Source of the DNA: Antedon mediterranea
Lineage: Eukaryota > Animalia > Echinodermata
Reading direction: 5' to 3'
Length of the DNA: 64,000 nucleotides
NCBI RefSeq assembly: GCF_964355755.1
Contig: NC_092675.1
Coordinates: 29,298,912 to 29,362,911 of the forward strand
The notes beneath the pieces were generated by a model. The model saw only the letters and a list, made by a program, of their open reading frames with translations. It made no database searches and was not told the origin of the DNA. How positions within the stretch are numbered: position 1 is the first letter of the stretch; every line of letters begins with the position of its first letter. Of the stretch, positions 26,319 through 37,300 are shown piece after piece. Both the position numbers and the translations under genes were made by a program.

Positions 26319-29300
26319 TTAGTCTTCAAACTTGATATGAGAGCGGGATGCCACTGTTAAAACTCTTTCTGCTTTATCCATTAACTAAAATTTAAAAAGG
26401 ATGGGATGTAAAGCCGTTTCATGTGTACGAGAAATTCACACATATACAACAAAGAAATTTGTACACTAGAGGTATGCTTACTAAACAAGGTAACATTTTT
26501 TGTAAGAGGTATAGCTACTAAACAAGATAGACATTGTTTTAAGAGTCTCACCCTGTCTGTCCCTCGTTTCTTCTTGCCTTTTGTTTTACTTGAGAGTCTC
26601 GCGATTCGGTCTGCTTTTAATTTCTCCCAATATTGTTTCTCATCATCGCCTATAACAAGTTTCAGAAAAAATATATGAATTAATTTATATATTCTATGCT
26701 ATTGTGTTGCTATGGATTGTAGCATGGCTGAAATAGTAACGATTTACATACTGCTAAAACAAATTAGATTGACACACAGATTGATGCAAAAAAAAAATAA
26801 CCACTTAATCACACTAGACCAATTGACTTACCTGATAGTAACTGAGCAGACATTTCATCCTCCATTTTAAGCCTGTTGATGACATCACTGGCACCCTGGG
26901 CCGTTTTAACTCTTACAAATCCCTTACTATCACCATCTTCAAGATCCAAGTATGCAATGGGAGCCATTGTTTCTAGGTACTCCTGAAAGAAATTTCATTG
27001 TGGATTCTTTATATTATGTACAGTATTGCTAAAACTCTGTCTACACTATCAAGCTAGTTTGACAAAAAAAACTCCCATATCCCTCTTAGTACCAAATTCC
27101 CGAGAGAGAGCCATTTTCCCTCAACCGAATTCTTTTCAGAACAGCATTTTTATAGTACTCCAGGGAGTTGACATTTTTAAAACAGTAATTTCATCATTTT
27201 ATCATAAATGTATGAAAATATGTTTCTAAAAACAAATATTCCTTATTAAATTTCCTGTAAAATGATGTATATTTGTATGATTTATTTTTATTTATGAAAT
27301 GTATGAATTAAAAAAAATAAAATTTTTAAATAAAATTTCCAAGAAATTGCTTTAAAAAAACGCCGTGGTTAGGATTCCGGCACCGGAACTCAACTGCCCA
27401 CCGTTAGGGAATCCGACACGCTATTGCGCATGCCCAGATCTCTGGGAAGTGAATTATAGCTTGCACTAATAGTGCCACACCACGGAGAGTCGGAGTGTTA
27501 TAGGGATTTACTGTAGCCGAGATAGAGAGCGATGGATGAAACTTGGCCTATGCCATACATGAATTAATAATTAAAATACGACTACGCCACGCGTTAAAAT
27601 AATTATAATGATATTATGTACAGTATAATGCGTTATGAAAAATCATAAAACTAGTCATGTAATTATATAATTCATAATGACATGAAGTTTATATATGAAT
27701 GAAGCAACCACTTTTTAATTACAAAATAAATACTAATAGGCCCACTGGTCACGTCTAACTGGTAGCCCTAGCCTTAGTGGATCCCATATTAGTAGGCATC
27801 TACTAGGCTAGTTCGCCGTGTGTGGCGCAGCTACGAAATGATCCATCGATGTTGATAAGTATAGAGTCGCCGATGACCTCGCTCTGGGCATGCACAATAG
27901 CGTGTCGGATTGCCTAACGCTGGGCAGTTGAGTTCCGGTGCCGGAATCCTAACCACGGCGTTAAAAAAATTGTATAAAAACGATAATAAAATGATATTTA
28001 GGAAACCCCAAGAAACAAATATTTATAATACATACCTATAAATGTACATTTACTTGAACAAAAGTAATAATAGGAGAGTTAGATACGAGTTATTTTATTC
28101 AAATAAACCGCCATCGTATAATTTTAGCCTAGGCCCAATCAAACCATCCTATCACCATCGTTAGTTTGAGCATGCCCACTACAAGCAAGTTGCTCAGGCG
28201 AGTAAATTCTGACAACGTGCTGCATGGGCCTACAAACAATCCTTCTCGCGTTGCACATTTTTCAACAAAGGAGTCAGTGTTTCCGGTTGTCTGACTAGAT
28301 ACGGGGAACGTGTAATTCACAAACAACATGATTTTGATTAATTATCAGTTTTTAATTAATACAGTATTTCCAAAAGATTTTCCTATAGCGAAAATGTTTT
28401 CGTTGACATTTTTCGAAAGAAAATGTTACGCTTGATCGAATAAAAGCTATCCCAGAATCCTCAGACAAGCAGAAGTTAGTGATTATCGCCCTCAAACACA
28501 GAAGGTACGTTTGGTGTGTAACCTCGACTAGGGGTTTTCAACGCATGTCCCATGGGGTTTCTAACGCCGCCCGTGGCACTAAGAGGGATATGGTAGTGAT
28601 AAGCCCAAATATGGTAGTGATATTACATCATCAATTCCATATATGGGCACATCACATTTTTTGTCACGTAAAGTTTAATAGTGTAGACAAAGCTTTATAG
28701 TGAAAATTGTTTCAACTGTATAATATAACACATTTAATCTATACTAATAACACTACTAATACAAAATATTTTAAAACATAAATACATTTTTACAAAATTA
28801 TACAGACACAACACAAAATGCTGTCCAGTAAAATGGCATAAATAGTCGCAACTAATGGTAATGAATAATATCACGTACGCTATAGCATTTATATACATAA
28901 ACACACAATAATAATGTAGTAATTGACTTACTCTTAACTGCTTTCTTGATGGGATACTGTCTTTGCTTACTATCTTAATCACAGTTGAAGCTGTGAATTC
29001 AGGTTCTTTGGATTTTACATCATCTACTGGAGTCTTCTTTGAACAAGCTGGAATTACGGTCTAGAAACAAATACTAATGTTGTTTTATGTCTATTTATGA
29101 ATTTTGTTCATTAGAAGGAAATTAAGTTTACAAAATATTCATATTTCTGCACCAGCCTTATTCTCAATTTGTGCAGTTTTTCTCAATTTGATGTCATATT
29201 CTTAAGCTCTGTCTATACTATCAAACCAGTTTGACAAAAAAGTGAGGTGTTCAAATATGGTAGTGATATGACCAAATATAGTAGTGATAATCATCATGTC

Positions 29301-32300
29301 CATGCACATCACATTTTTTTCACATAAAGTTTAAAAGTGTAGATAAGAATTTTTAGAAAAATTGTATCTTTATATATTCTTTCTTTGACCTATAATAATC
29401 TATAAAAATATAAAATTATTAAAAATGTACTGATGTACATCATCATGTCCATATATGAGCACATCATTTTTTGTCACATAAAGTTTGGTAGTGCAGACAT
29501 AGCTTAATTGTGTCTTATCTGCCTATGTATTTTAAATTCATTGGACGTCAATTACTGCTTATATTTTGGACCTAATAAACAAGCAATGCTTACCTTTTGC
29601 TGTAGTTCCATCTTCATTACACTATGCTTAAGTTGCTTCTTACTTTGTTTCTGAAGATCAATGTATTCTTTTTTTAATTGTAACCATTCTGTCCTATAAT
29701 AAAATATAAAGTAGTCATGGGAAGTGGGACGTCAGTCATGAGCCTCAGCTAATCAGAGCTTGTGGAATTCATTGCAGGAATACAGTAGAACCCCTATTGG
29801 GGGGGCACCTTCTGGACCCATCCAACTATCCCCTTAATAGGCATTTCCTTGGCCATAGTGTGAAAAAAACATAGATTGCTTCTTTGTGATAACTAATGTC
29901 TATTGAGTCCAACAAATGATACAATAAAACAACTTACTTTGTGATAACAAACGTCTAGTGAGTCCAACAAATGATACAATAAAACAACTTACTTTGTGAT
30001 AACAAACGTCTAGTGAGTCCAACAAATGATACAATAAAACAACTTACTTTGTGATAACAAACGTCTAGCAAGTCTAACAAATGATACAATAAAACAACTT
30101 ACTTTGTGATAACAAACGTCTAGCAAGTCTAACAAATGATAGAATAAAACAACTTACTTTGTGATAACAAACGTCTAGCAAGTCCAACAGATGATACAAT
30201 AAAACAACTTACTTTGTGATAACAAACGTCTAGCAAGTCCAACAAATGATACAATAAAACAACTTACTTTGTGATAACAAACGTCTAGCGAGTCCAACAA
30301 ATGATACTTACTTTGCTATGACTCTCAGCTGATACTGACAGCCACCTTTCAACTTGTTTGCTTTCTTCTTCCTCTTTCTTTTTTTCTTTAATTTTTCATC
30401 ATCATTTTCACCCATGTCTGAATCTGTAATCTTTTTCTTCTTTTGTATCACTGTTTTCTCTTCACCATCCTCCGATTTTCTTTTCTTTCCTTTTTGTTTT
30501 TTCAAAGTCTTTATATTACTTTCTTCTATTTCTACACTTCTTTTTTCTTCATCTTTTATCCCAACCTCTATTTTTTTTTCATTCGATTTTTGTTTCTTAC
30601 TCTTCTTTTTCTGCTTTGTATCTCCCGTATTTTCTCCCTCTTCGTCGTGGCTTCTTTTTCTTTTGCTCTTTTTTACTGGTTCTTTGTTTTCTAGATCATT
30701 CTTACATTCTTTCTCCGCCGCTTCTCTTTCATCTTCTTCTTTCAGCTTTTCTTCTAATAACTGCCTTTGTCTTTGTACCTTATATGGCTCTGGATTGGAA
30801 TCAATGCTAATTGATTTTCCTTTTCTCATCGTTGGGAATTTTCCAGGTTTATTTGTGGCATTTAGAGGTGGATTATTTAACAACTAAAAATAAAAAAATC
30901 ATTTCACATTGAAGGACAATTTTCTTTTGACTTTTTAGTTGATTGTCAAGCTTGGTTCCTACTACTGTATAGGATACAACACGTGAGTGAGTTTAATCAA
31001 TAGCTTGTGATTGGTCAAATCTCCTTGCATTGAATTCTAGTGACAACCAAGCTTAACTGTTAATTTAATGTTAAACAATATAAATTAAATTTAAAAATCC
31101 TGAAATAAATAATTCTCAATTTTAATGAGTACGGCTTTTCTGTCCAAGCTATCAACTTCTATAGCCTGGAATGGACTATTTTTAACTATTATAGGCCATT
31201 TCTGGGCATAGTTAAAAACAATGAATGGCAAACAAGCTATTTATTATTTGTCTGGGAAACACAATGTACATACGTTTTTGTCATTCCATGGAAGGTAAGA
31301 TATTTGAATTACTGTAAATATAAACAAATTCAATTACCTTACACGCCCTTTTTGCTTCTTCTGGTTTTTCAAACTCAATGAATGAGAATCCCTTGATATC
31401 ACCAGTAGTCTTGTATCTAGGAATACTGACATAGGTTACCTTGCCACAAGTTCCAAACACTTTCTGTAACCAGTCATGATCAGCTGTCTTTGGCAAGCAT
31501 TCCTTAAAAACAAAAACAAAATACATATCTTAAATAGATAAAAGCCCTAATACATGCTTTTGTTTGAATACTGGGCCTCGTTGCCAGGAGTGTTAATTGT
31601 GAAAAAACATCTAATTTCAATTATTTTAGATGAAAATTCTCTAGGCTAGGCCTAGCTAGCCCTAAGCATAAATCGTCCAGATTTTCGGGGGGAAATAACC
31701 AATTTTTAGGCGGGGATCTGCATTAAAAATCGGGGAAAATCGGAACAAAAGCCACACATTTCGGGGAACTTGGGACCTCTGGATAATAGGTGCTGTCCAT
31801 ACTACAAACTGTGCTGCTGAAGTGCATGATGGGAGGGAGATAAGATAATAAGATTTATAAAGCGCACATCCACAAAGTGCTGAAGCCACTTAACAAAGCT
31901 TCTGTCCGCACGCCTTGCCTCTACACGTCTTTCCGAGATATTGCTAATAATCGTAGTTTAAGCAACAAAATAAAATAACACAAGAGAAATAATAATTTTG
32001 GAAATGTGTTTTTGAATTGCATACTGTACTGTACATATAAAGTATAAACAGTAAGATCAAAAGAGATACATTTAAATAACATAAACAAAAAGAAACAATG
32101 TAACTTACAACATAAACAGTGAGATCATCTATGTTGTACTTTGGCGACATCATTTGATTGATTCTACGTAATCTGGTTTTATCCTCACTTACCTGTAGTG
32201 ATAAAAAAAAAGCAAATACATATTCGCAAAATTAGTATTTGTAATTGTAGTTTCCTCAAAGAATAAAATAATATTCAGCAACAATTTTAAAGTTGTTCAT

Positions 32301-33262
32301 GTATGATATAATATTCAAAGAATAAAGATCCTATTACATGAATAAACAATATTTTTTTCATTTAATAAACACAGTTCATAACATTTTTTAATTTAAGTTT
32401 TCACGATGTCAGAAAATCCAGGAGCCTCACACATTAGATTTAATGAAAGTTTTCCAGTTTTAACTTTACAAACCTGTAGAAAATTAGATTTCTTGACAGC
32501 TTTTGCGACAAGCTCAGCATCTGTTGTCATCATCTTCAGTTTGTTAAATGACAGTAACACTGATATATCTACATCTAGAATGAAACAAATAAACTATATT
32601 CAAGTTCTGAAAACCTGTTATGTAAAAATGTGACCAGAACCTCATTGGTTTTAGCTTATAAGTTAAGGTAAACATATTTTATTTTCATTATAATTATGAG
32701 TACATGTTTTATATTGTGGGTTTAAAATCAGAAAGTTACTTAAAAGGCTGCAATAGAGAGCAAATCCAGGATTTTTTAAGCTAACAAATAATAGAGCAAA
32801 ATATATATTATATAACACCTAAATAAATTGTACCATTACACTCATACTTTTCATTATTTGTATAATACAGTAGTAATAAATTAGATATTAAAAATGTTTT
32901 ATCATACAAAACATTATTGTAGCCACTGTAACATTCACATTTATTGGGTGGTTGCTTATACATTATTGTAGCCTAGATTTTATTAGTTTTTTTGTTTTAA
33001 CTAATAAATGTAAAAAATAGGTTTTTTTTCTTCTTTCAAATCAAATTGACTATTTTGCTTAAATTGCATGTTTTATACACTTACATCTGTCTTTATCTGC
33101 CTCAATTTTTTGCTTCAAAAAGCGGTCTTTTCTTAAATTTGCATCACTAAAGTAAAATTTTAGTTGATCATGGATGTCAGACAACTGTTTCTTCGATCGT
33201 TTTCTTTTTTTCTTGTCATCTAAATTCTGATCATTCAAGTCTTTCTCAACTTTAACTGACAT
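26319..33262 (-). CDS. LARP7: La-related protein 7 (La motif, RRM1, Lys/Glu-rich linker, xRRM)
   Basis: Exons 33262-33085, 32574-32474, 32192-32109, 31502-31338, 30883-30312, 29693-29594, 29060-28932, 26982-26832, 26649-26552, 26384-26319 (TAA). Motifs QLKFYFSDANLRKDRFL (La), TVYVECLP...YVSIPRYKTTGDIKGFSFIEF (RRM), LRVIAK-TEWLQLKKEY, IAYLDL...GFVR and EKQYWEKL (xRRM), C-terminal HIKFED. Confidence 0.93.
27081..28587. mobile_element. TIR element with CCC...GGG ends and ATAT TSD (piggyBac-related, non-autonomous)
   Basis: TIR CCCTCTTAGTACCA / TGGCACTAAGAGGG, flanked by ATAT at 27077-27080 and 28588-28591. It splits a MITE copy. Confidence 0.75.
27361..27960. mobile_element. Mutator-like (MULE) MITE, 600 bp
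   Basis: About 78-bp TIRs (CGCCGTGGTTAGGATTCCGGCACCGGAACTCAACTGCCCA...) and a perfect 9-bp TSD TTAAAAAAA (27352-27360, 27961-27969). Confidence 0.85.
29882..30311. repeat. Minisatellite, 55-bp unit x ~8, abutting the LARP7 exon 5 donor
   Basis: CTTTGTGATAACAAACGTCTAGCAAGTCCAACAAATGATACAATAAAACAACTTA at 29882, 29937, 29992, 30047, 30102, 30157, 30212 and 30267. Confidence 0.95.
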
Positions 33263-34149
33263 GACTCTTACTTAGCAATCTGGAACACAATCACAATTTG
33301 CCTTTTTCTAGTATTAGCAACCTTAGAATATTTTATAAAAAAAAAGTTGTTGTATTAACATTCTTTTCATAATTAAAAGATCACAATTTTACCTTGCTAT
33401 TAAATGTATTTATTTAAAAGTAAATTAATATATTGTATTCAGGTATAAAAAATGTACCAAAAGCAGACAAAGGTCTGAAAATATTGTATTACAAATATTG
33501 AAACATTAAAAATGATGGATCAAATTCACAGCAAAACTACACATACAATTTAAACATACAGAAAGGCATATGAAAAAAAAAACACATTAAAATGTAACAG
33601 TATTGTACGGTTATTAGGCATTTGTGGGTTACAGTACTAACCAATCGTATTGAAAAAAAAACATGAAAAAAAATCATATATTTTTTATTAAAAATAACCT
33701 TAATCTTCAGTTTTGGAATAAATCTTATCTGCATTAAATATCACAATAACATTTTAAAATATAATATTAATTTTTTGATAATAATAGTTATTAAACTGGG
33801 CATTGATAGATTCGTAGTATGACCCGACCGATTAGTTTGTAGACGAGGTGACACGGAGCAAGTTGAGAACCGGGACCGAGTTGACACAGGGAGACTGAAA
33901 AGAAAAGGCACCGATTGATGTTTGTTTTGGCCCTTGCCTTGTATAGGTTGGTGTTGCCTGGCTGGTTTCTAGCCTAGCTAGGAATAGGAGGCCTATCAGT
34001 ATCTATTATTTTAACTAGCAGGCACTATCTCTATGCCTAGTCTAGAGTAGGCTTAAAGCTAGGCCCATCTATATCATTTATTAAATATAAATAACTACAG
34101 TAATATCAGAAGAATTAATCATTTATCTTCATTATAAACAAATAAGTTT

Positions 34150-34390
34150 AAAACCATACACGCAGGAAAAAGTTGTAAACAACACCAACGTTGAGCGGAC
34201 GCTTTGGTAGCCTTCACACTCGCTTCGTAAGTAATACATATGACTGGTGACTAGAGGCTAATATTATTTTTATTATTCAACATGTGCAACAGAGCAGAAC
34301 ATGTGTACGAACTACACACCCACTTTCTCCGCTAGTTGGTTAGAACATTTAGTAGGCCTACGCCTAAAAGGCTAAGACTATAGCATGCCA
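34150..34390. promoter_or_regulatory. Probable bidirectional promoter between LARP7 (minus) and the DHHC gene (plus)
   Basis: Head-to-head genes. A candidate LARP7 non-coding exon-1 donor (GTATGG on minus at 34159) lies about 230 bp from the DHHC ATG. Locally CpG-richer. Confidence 0.5.
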
Positions 34391-37300
34391 TGGATGTCGA
34401 TGCAAAAAAAAAGTTGTCGTTATTAGACGTTGTTCAAAATTGTGTTTCTATAGTTGATATTGAAGATCATGTGAAAAAGAACATAGACAAATTAAATCAA
34501 AGAGGTAGGCCTCCGGGTTTACGATGAAATCGGTCGCGTCTGAAATCGGTCGCGTTTGAAATCGGTCGCGATAAAATCAACTTCCGGTATTTTGTATGGC
34601 GCGCCGCTAGAGCTATAATCCTTTTGATGATATCGGTCGCGTTTGAAATCGGTCGCGTTTGAAATCGGTCGCGCTATTTTGTATGGATCGAGCGGGATGC
34701 ATGCTAGAACGGGATATACATTTTTCGTTTATATATATTTAATTGATATTTTCTAGGAACTAGATTATTTATGTGGATATTTTTTACTTGGTTAATAAAT
34801 ATTTATTATCAATCATTAAATTAATTTTTTTTTTTGTATTTCACAGGTCTCGGAGAAGGACGGTGTCTTTTCAAAATGGCCATTTCTAAACACGTTTAAA
34901 TATCATATTAGGCATAATGTTATATTAGGCATATAATAATTTACCTCTATTAATATGTACTGTAATTAATATATTATATAGAGAATATACGTCTGTCGTG
35001 TCTTTTATTACGCAAACAATTACGTAAAAGAGAACAATTTATTTAAAAACAAGAATTTTTACAATATAGCCCGTAAAGCCAGCGTATCAATTTTTATACT
35101 TATGCATACTGTGGCAGATTATATCATATCCAATTAACAACATACTATTCGATCACCTTATTTTTATTTCTATTTTCTAAGTGTATAATGATTATTGTTG
35201 AGGCAAATCACGTGTATGTTTTTATTTCTAATGTTTAAAATAGTTTTTAGTAAAATGATCATTATATGCGGATGGTTAACAGGCGAGTTACTGAAATAAA
35301 CCCCCGAATAAGCCATATTGGAGATGCGCCTTCTATGATCGTGCAGCTGTTTCCTCTAACAATACGTTATTTTGCTGACGGGGATTCCCCTTTTTAAAAA
35401 ACACGCACTAGTAGTGTGTCAAATCATGGAGAAAACACGTACGATCGTTGTCCATGGCGAGGTAAAGATGACGTCTATTACTAATAACCATACATTTGAA
35501 AGGTCTATAGGCCTCCTGCACGTGTTTTTGTGAAACGATCCAATGAGCTATAGATGCTCGACGCGATTATGAGATCATGTTCATTCATTCTTTATTTAGC
35601 CTTTAAAATCGAAATACATTTAAAACATAGGTAACCAAATCAAGACACGTGGAAATGTAAGGAGGCAAGGATAAGCAAAAGCAATTAAATCGCTGTAGCT
35701 AACAGGCTTGCTTATCCATAATAATTCCGAATAAAGCACTTTTTCTATAATTTGACAGTATGATTTATACGTATATACGTCGGCGATACTATAGATTTTA
35801 ATTTGAATATTTTTTATTTTTGTCTTCATTTATAATAATCATTTAATGTAAATAATTAAGTAAGTGCAACTCAGTGTCTCGCATTCATACGCCGTTCGTA
35901 AATCTAAACGTTTAAATATCAGTGCAGATTACCTCTTTGAGAATTGTGTCCACCTTTATTATCCATACATTATTATTCTCACATCTATCATCGGCATATA
36001 TTATCTATATATTTTATTAATATCCTAAAACCATACGTAATTGTTTGCATAATAAAAGACACGACAAACGTATATTCTCTAATTATAATATATTAATTAC
36101 AGTACATATAAATAGAGGTAAATTATTATATGCATAATATAACATTATGCCTAATATAATATTTAAACGTGTTTATAAATGGCCATTTTGAAAAGACACC
36201 GTCCTTCTCCGAGACCTGTGAAATACAAAAAAAAAATTAATTAATGATTAATAATAAATATTTATTAACCAAGTAACAAATATCCACATAAATAATCTAG
36301 TTCCTTAAAAATATCAATTAAATCTATATAAACGAAAAATGTATATCCCGCTCTAGCATGCATCCCGCTCGATCCATACAAAATAGCGCGACCGATTTCA
36401 AACGCGACCGATTTCAAACGCGACCGATATAATCAAAAGTATAGCTCTAGCGGCGCGCCATACAAAATACCGGAAGTTGATTTTATCGCGACCGATTTCA
36501 AACGCGACCGATTTCAAGCGCGACCGATTTCATCTGACACCGGCCTCCGGACCTAGGCTAGTAGTACTAGCTAGTAGTAAACATTCACTAGTAAGTAGGC
36601 TGATAACCTCATATCCAACAGCCGCATATTGCTTACTAAAGTATATTAATAAATTGGCATAAAAAATAAATGTTTTTATTTTTCTTTGTTTAGGTTGGCA
36701 TGGACTGACACCTCTTCATAAAGCAGGTTTGCGAGGTGACTCTAAAATAACAGAGTTGTTAATTAAATATGGTGCGGATGTGCATGTTGTAACTGACTAT
36801 AGTGAGACCCCTTTACATTATGCATGCAAAAATGGTAATTTAATGAATATTCATTTGATGATTGAGCATGGCGCTGATATACAGCAGTTGGATCAACATG
36901 GTCGCAATTCTCTTCATCATGCAGCTATGGGAGGCAGTGTGTAAGTGCCGGATCTTAACATTGCCGCTTTTGTTTTTTTTTATTTGTAAAAAATATTGGG
37001 GAAAAATTTGTACTGTACCTTCTTTACTAAATGGCGTATTCGACTACAGACTTTGACCTGGTTCACCATGCATATTTTTAAGTATGCTCTGTACTATGTT
37101 TTCCAGTGTTCTTTTGCCTTGTGTTGCGTGAAATCAAACTGATTTGTTTTCCCGTAGTGATGTTTGCAGCACTATTATGGTATCGGTTCCCATTTGTGAT
37201 TACGCAATACAGCACTTTGCGTCGATACGTTGATGCATTACGTTCTACAAATCAACTCTCACTCGGTTAAAATAGCAAGAAGTACGAATAAAAAAAGACC

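Noticed and set aside
26983-28931. A miR-302/367-like cluster, as hosted by vertebrate LARP7 introns
   Set aside because: No TAAGTGCT-seed hairpins seen by eye; the hairpins present are explained by transposon TIRs.
29882-30311. Regular repeat arrays (also 9231, 58495, 60475, 62226) as CRISPR-like
   Set aside because: Units are contiguous with no unique spacers, there are no cas genes, and the context is eukaryotic.
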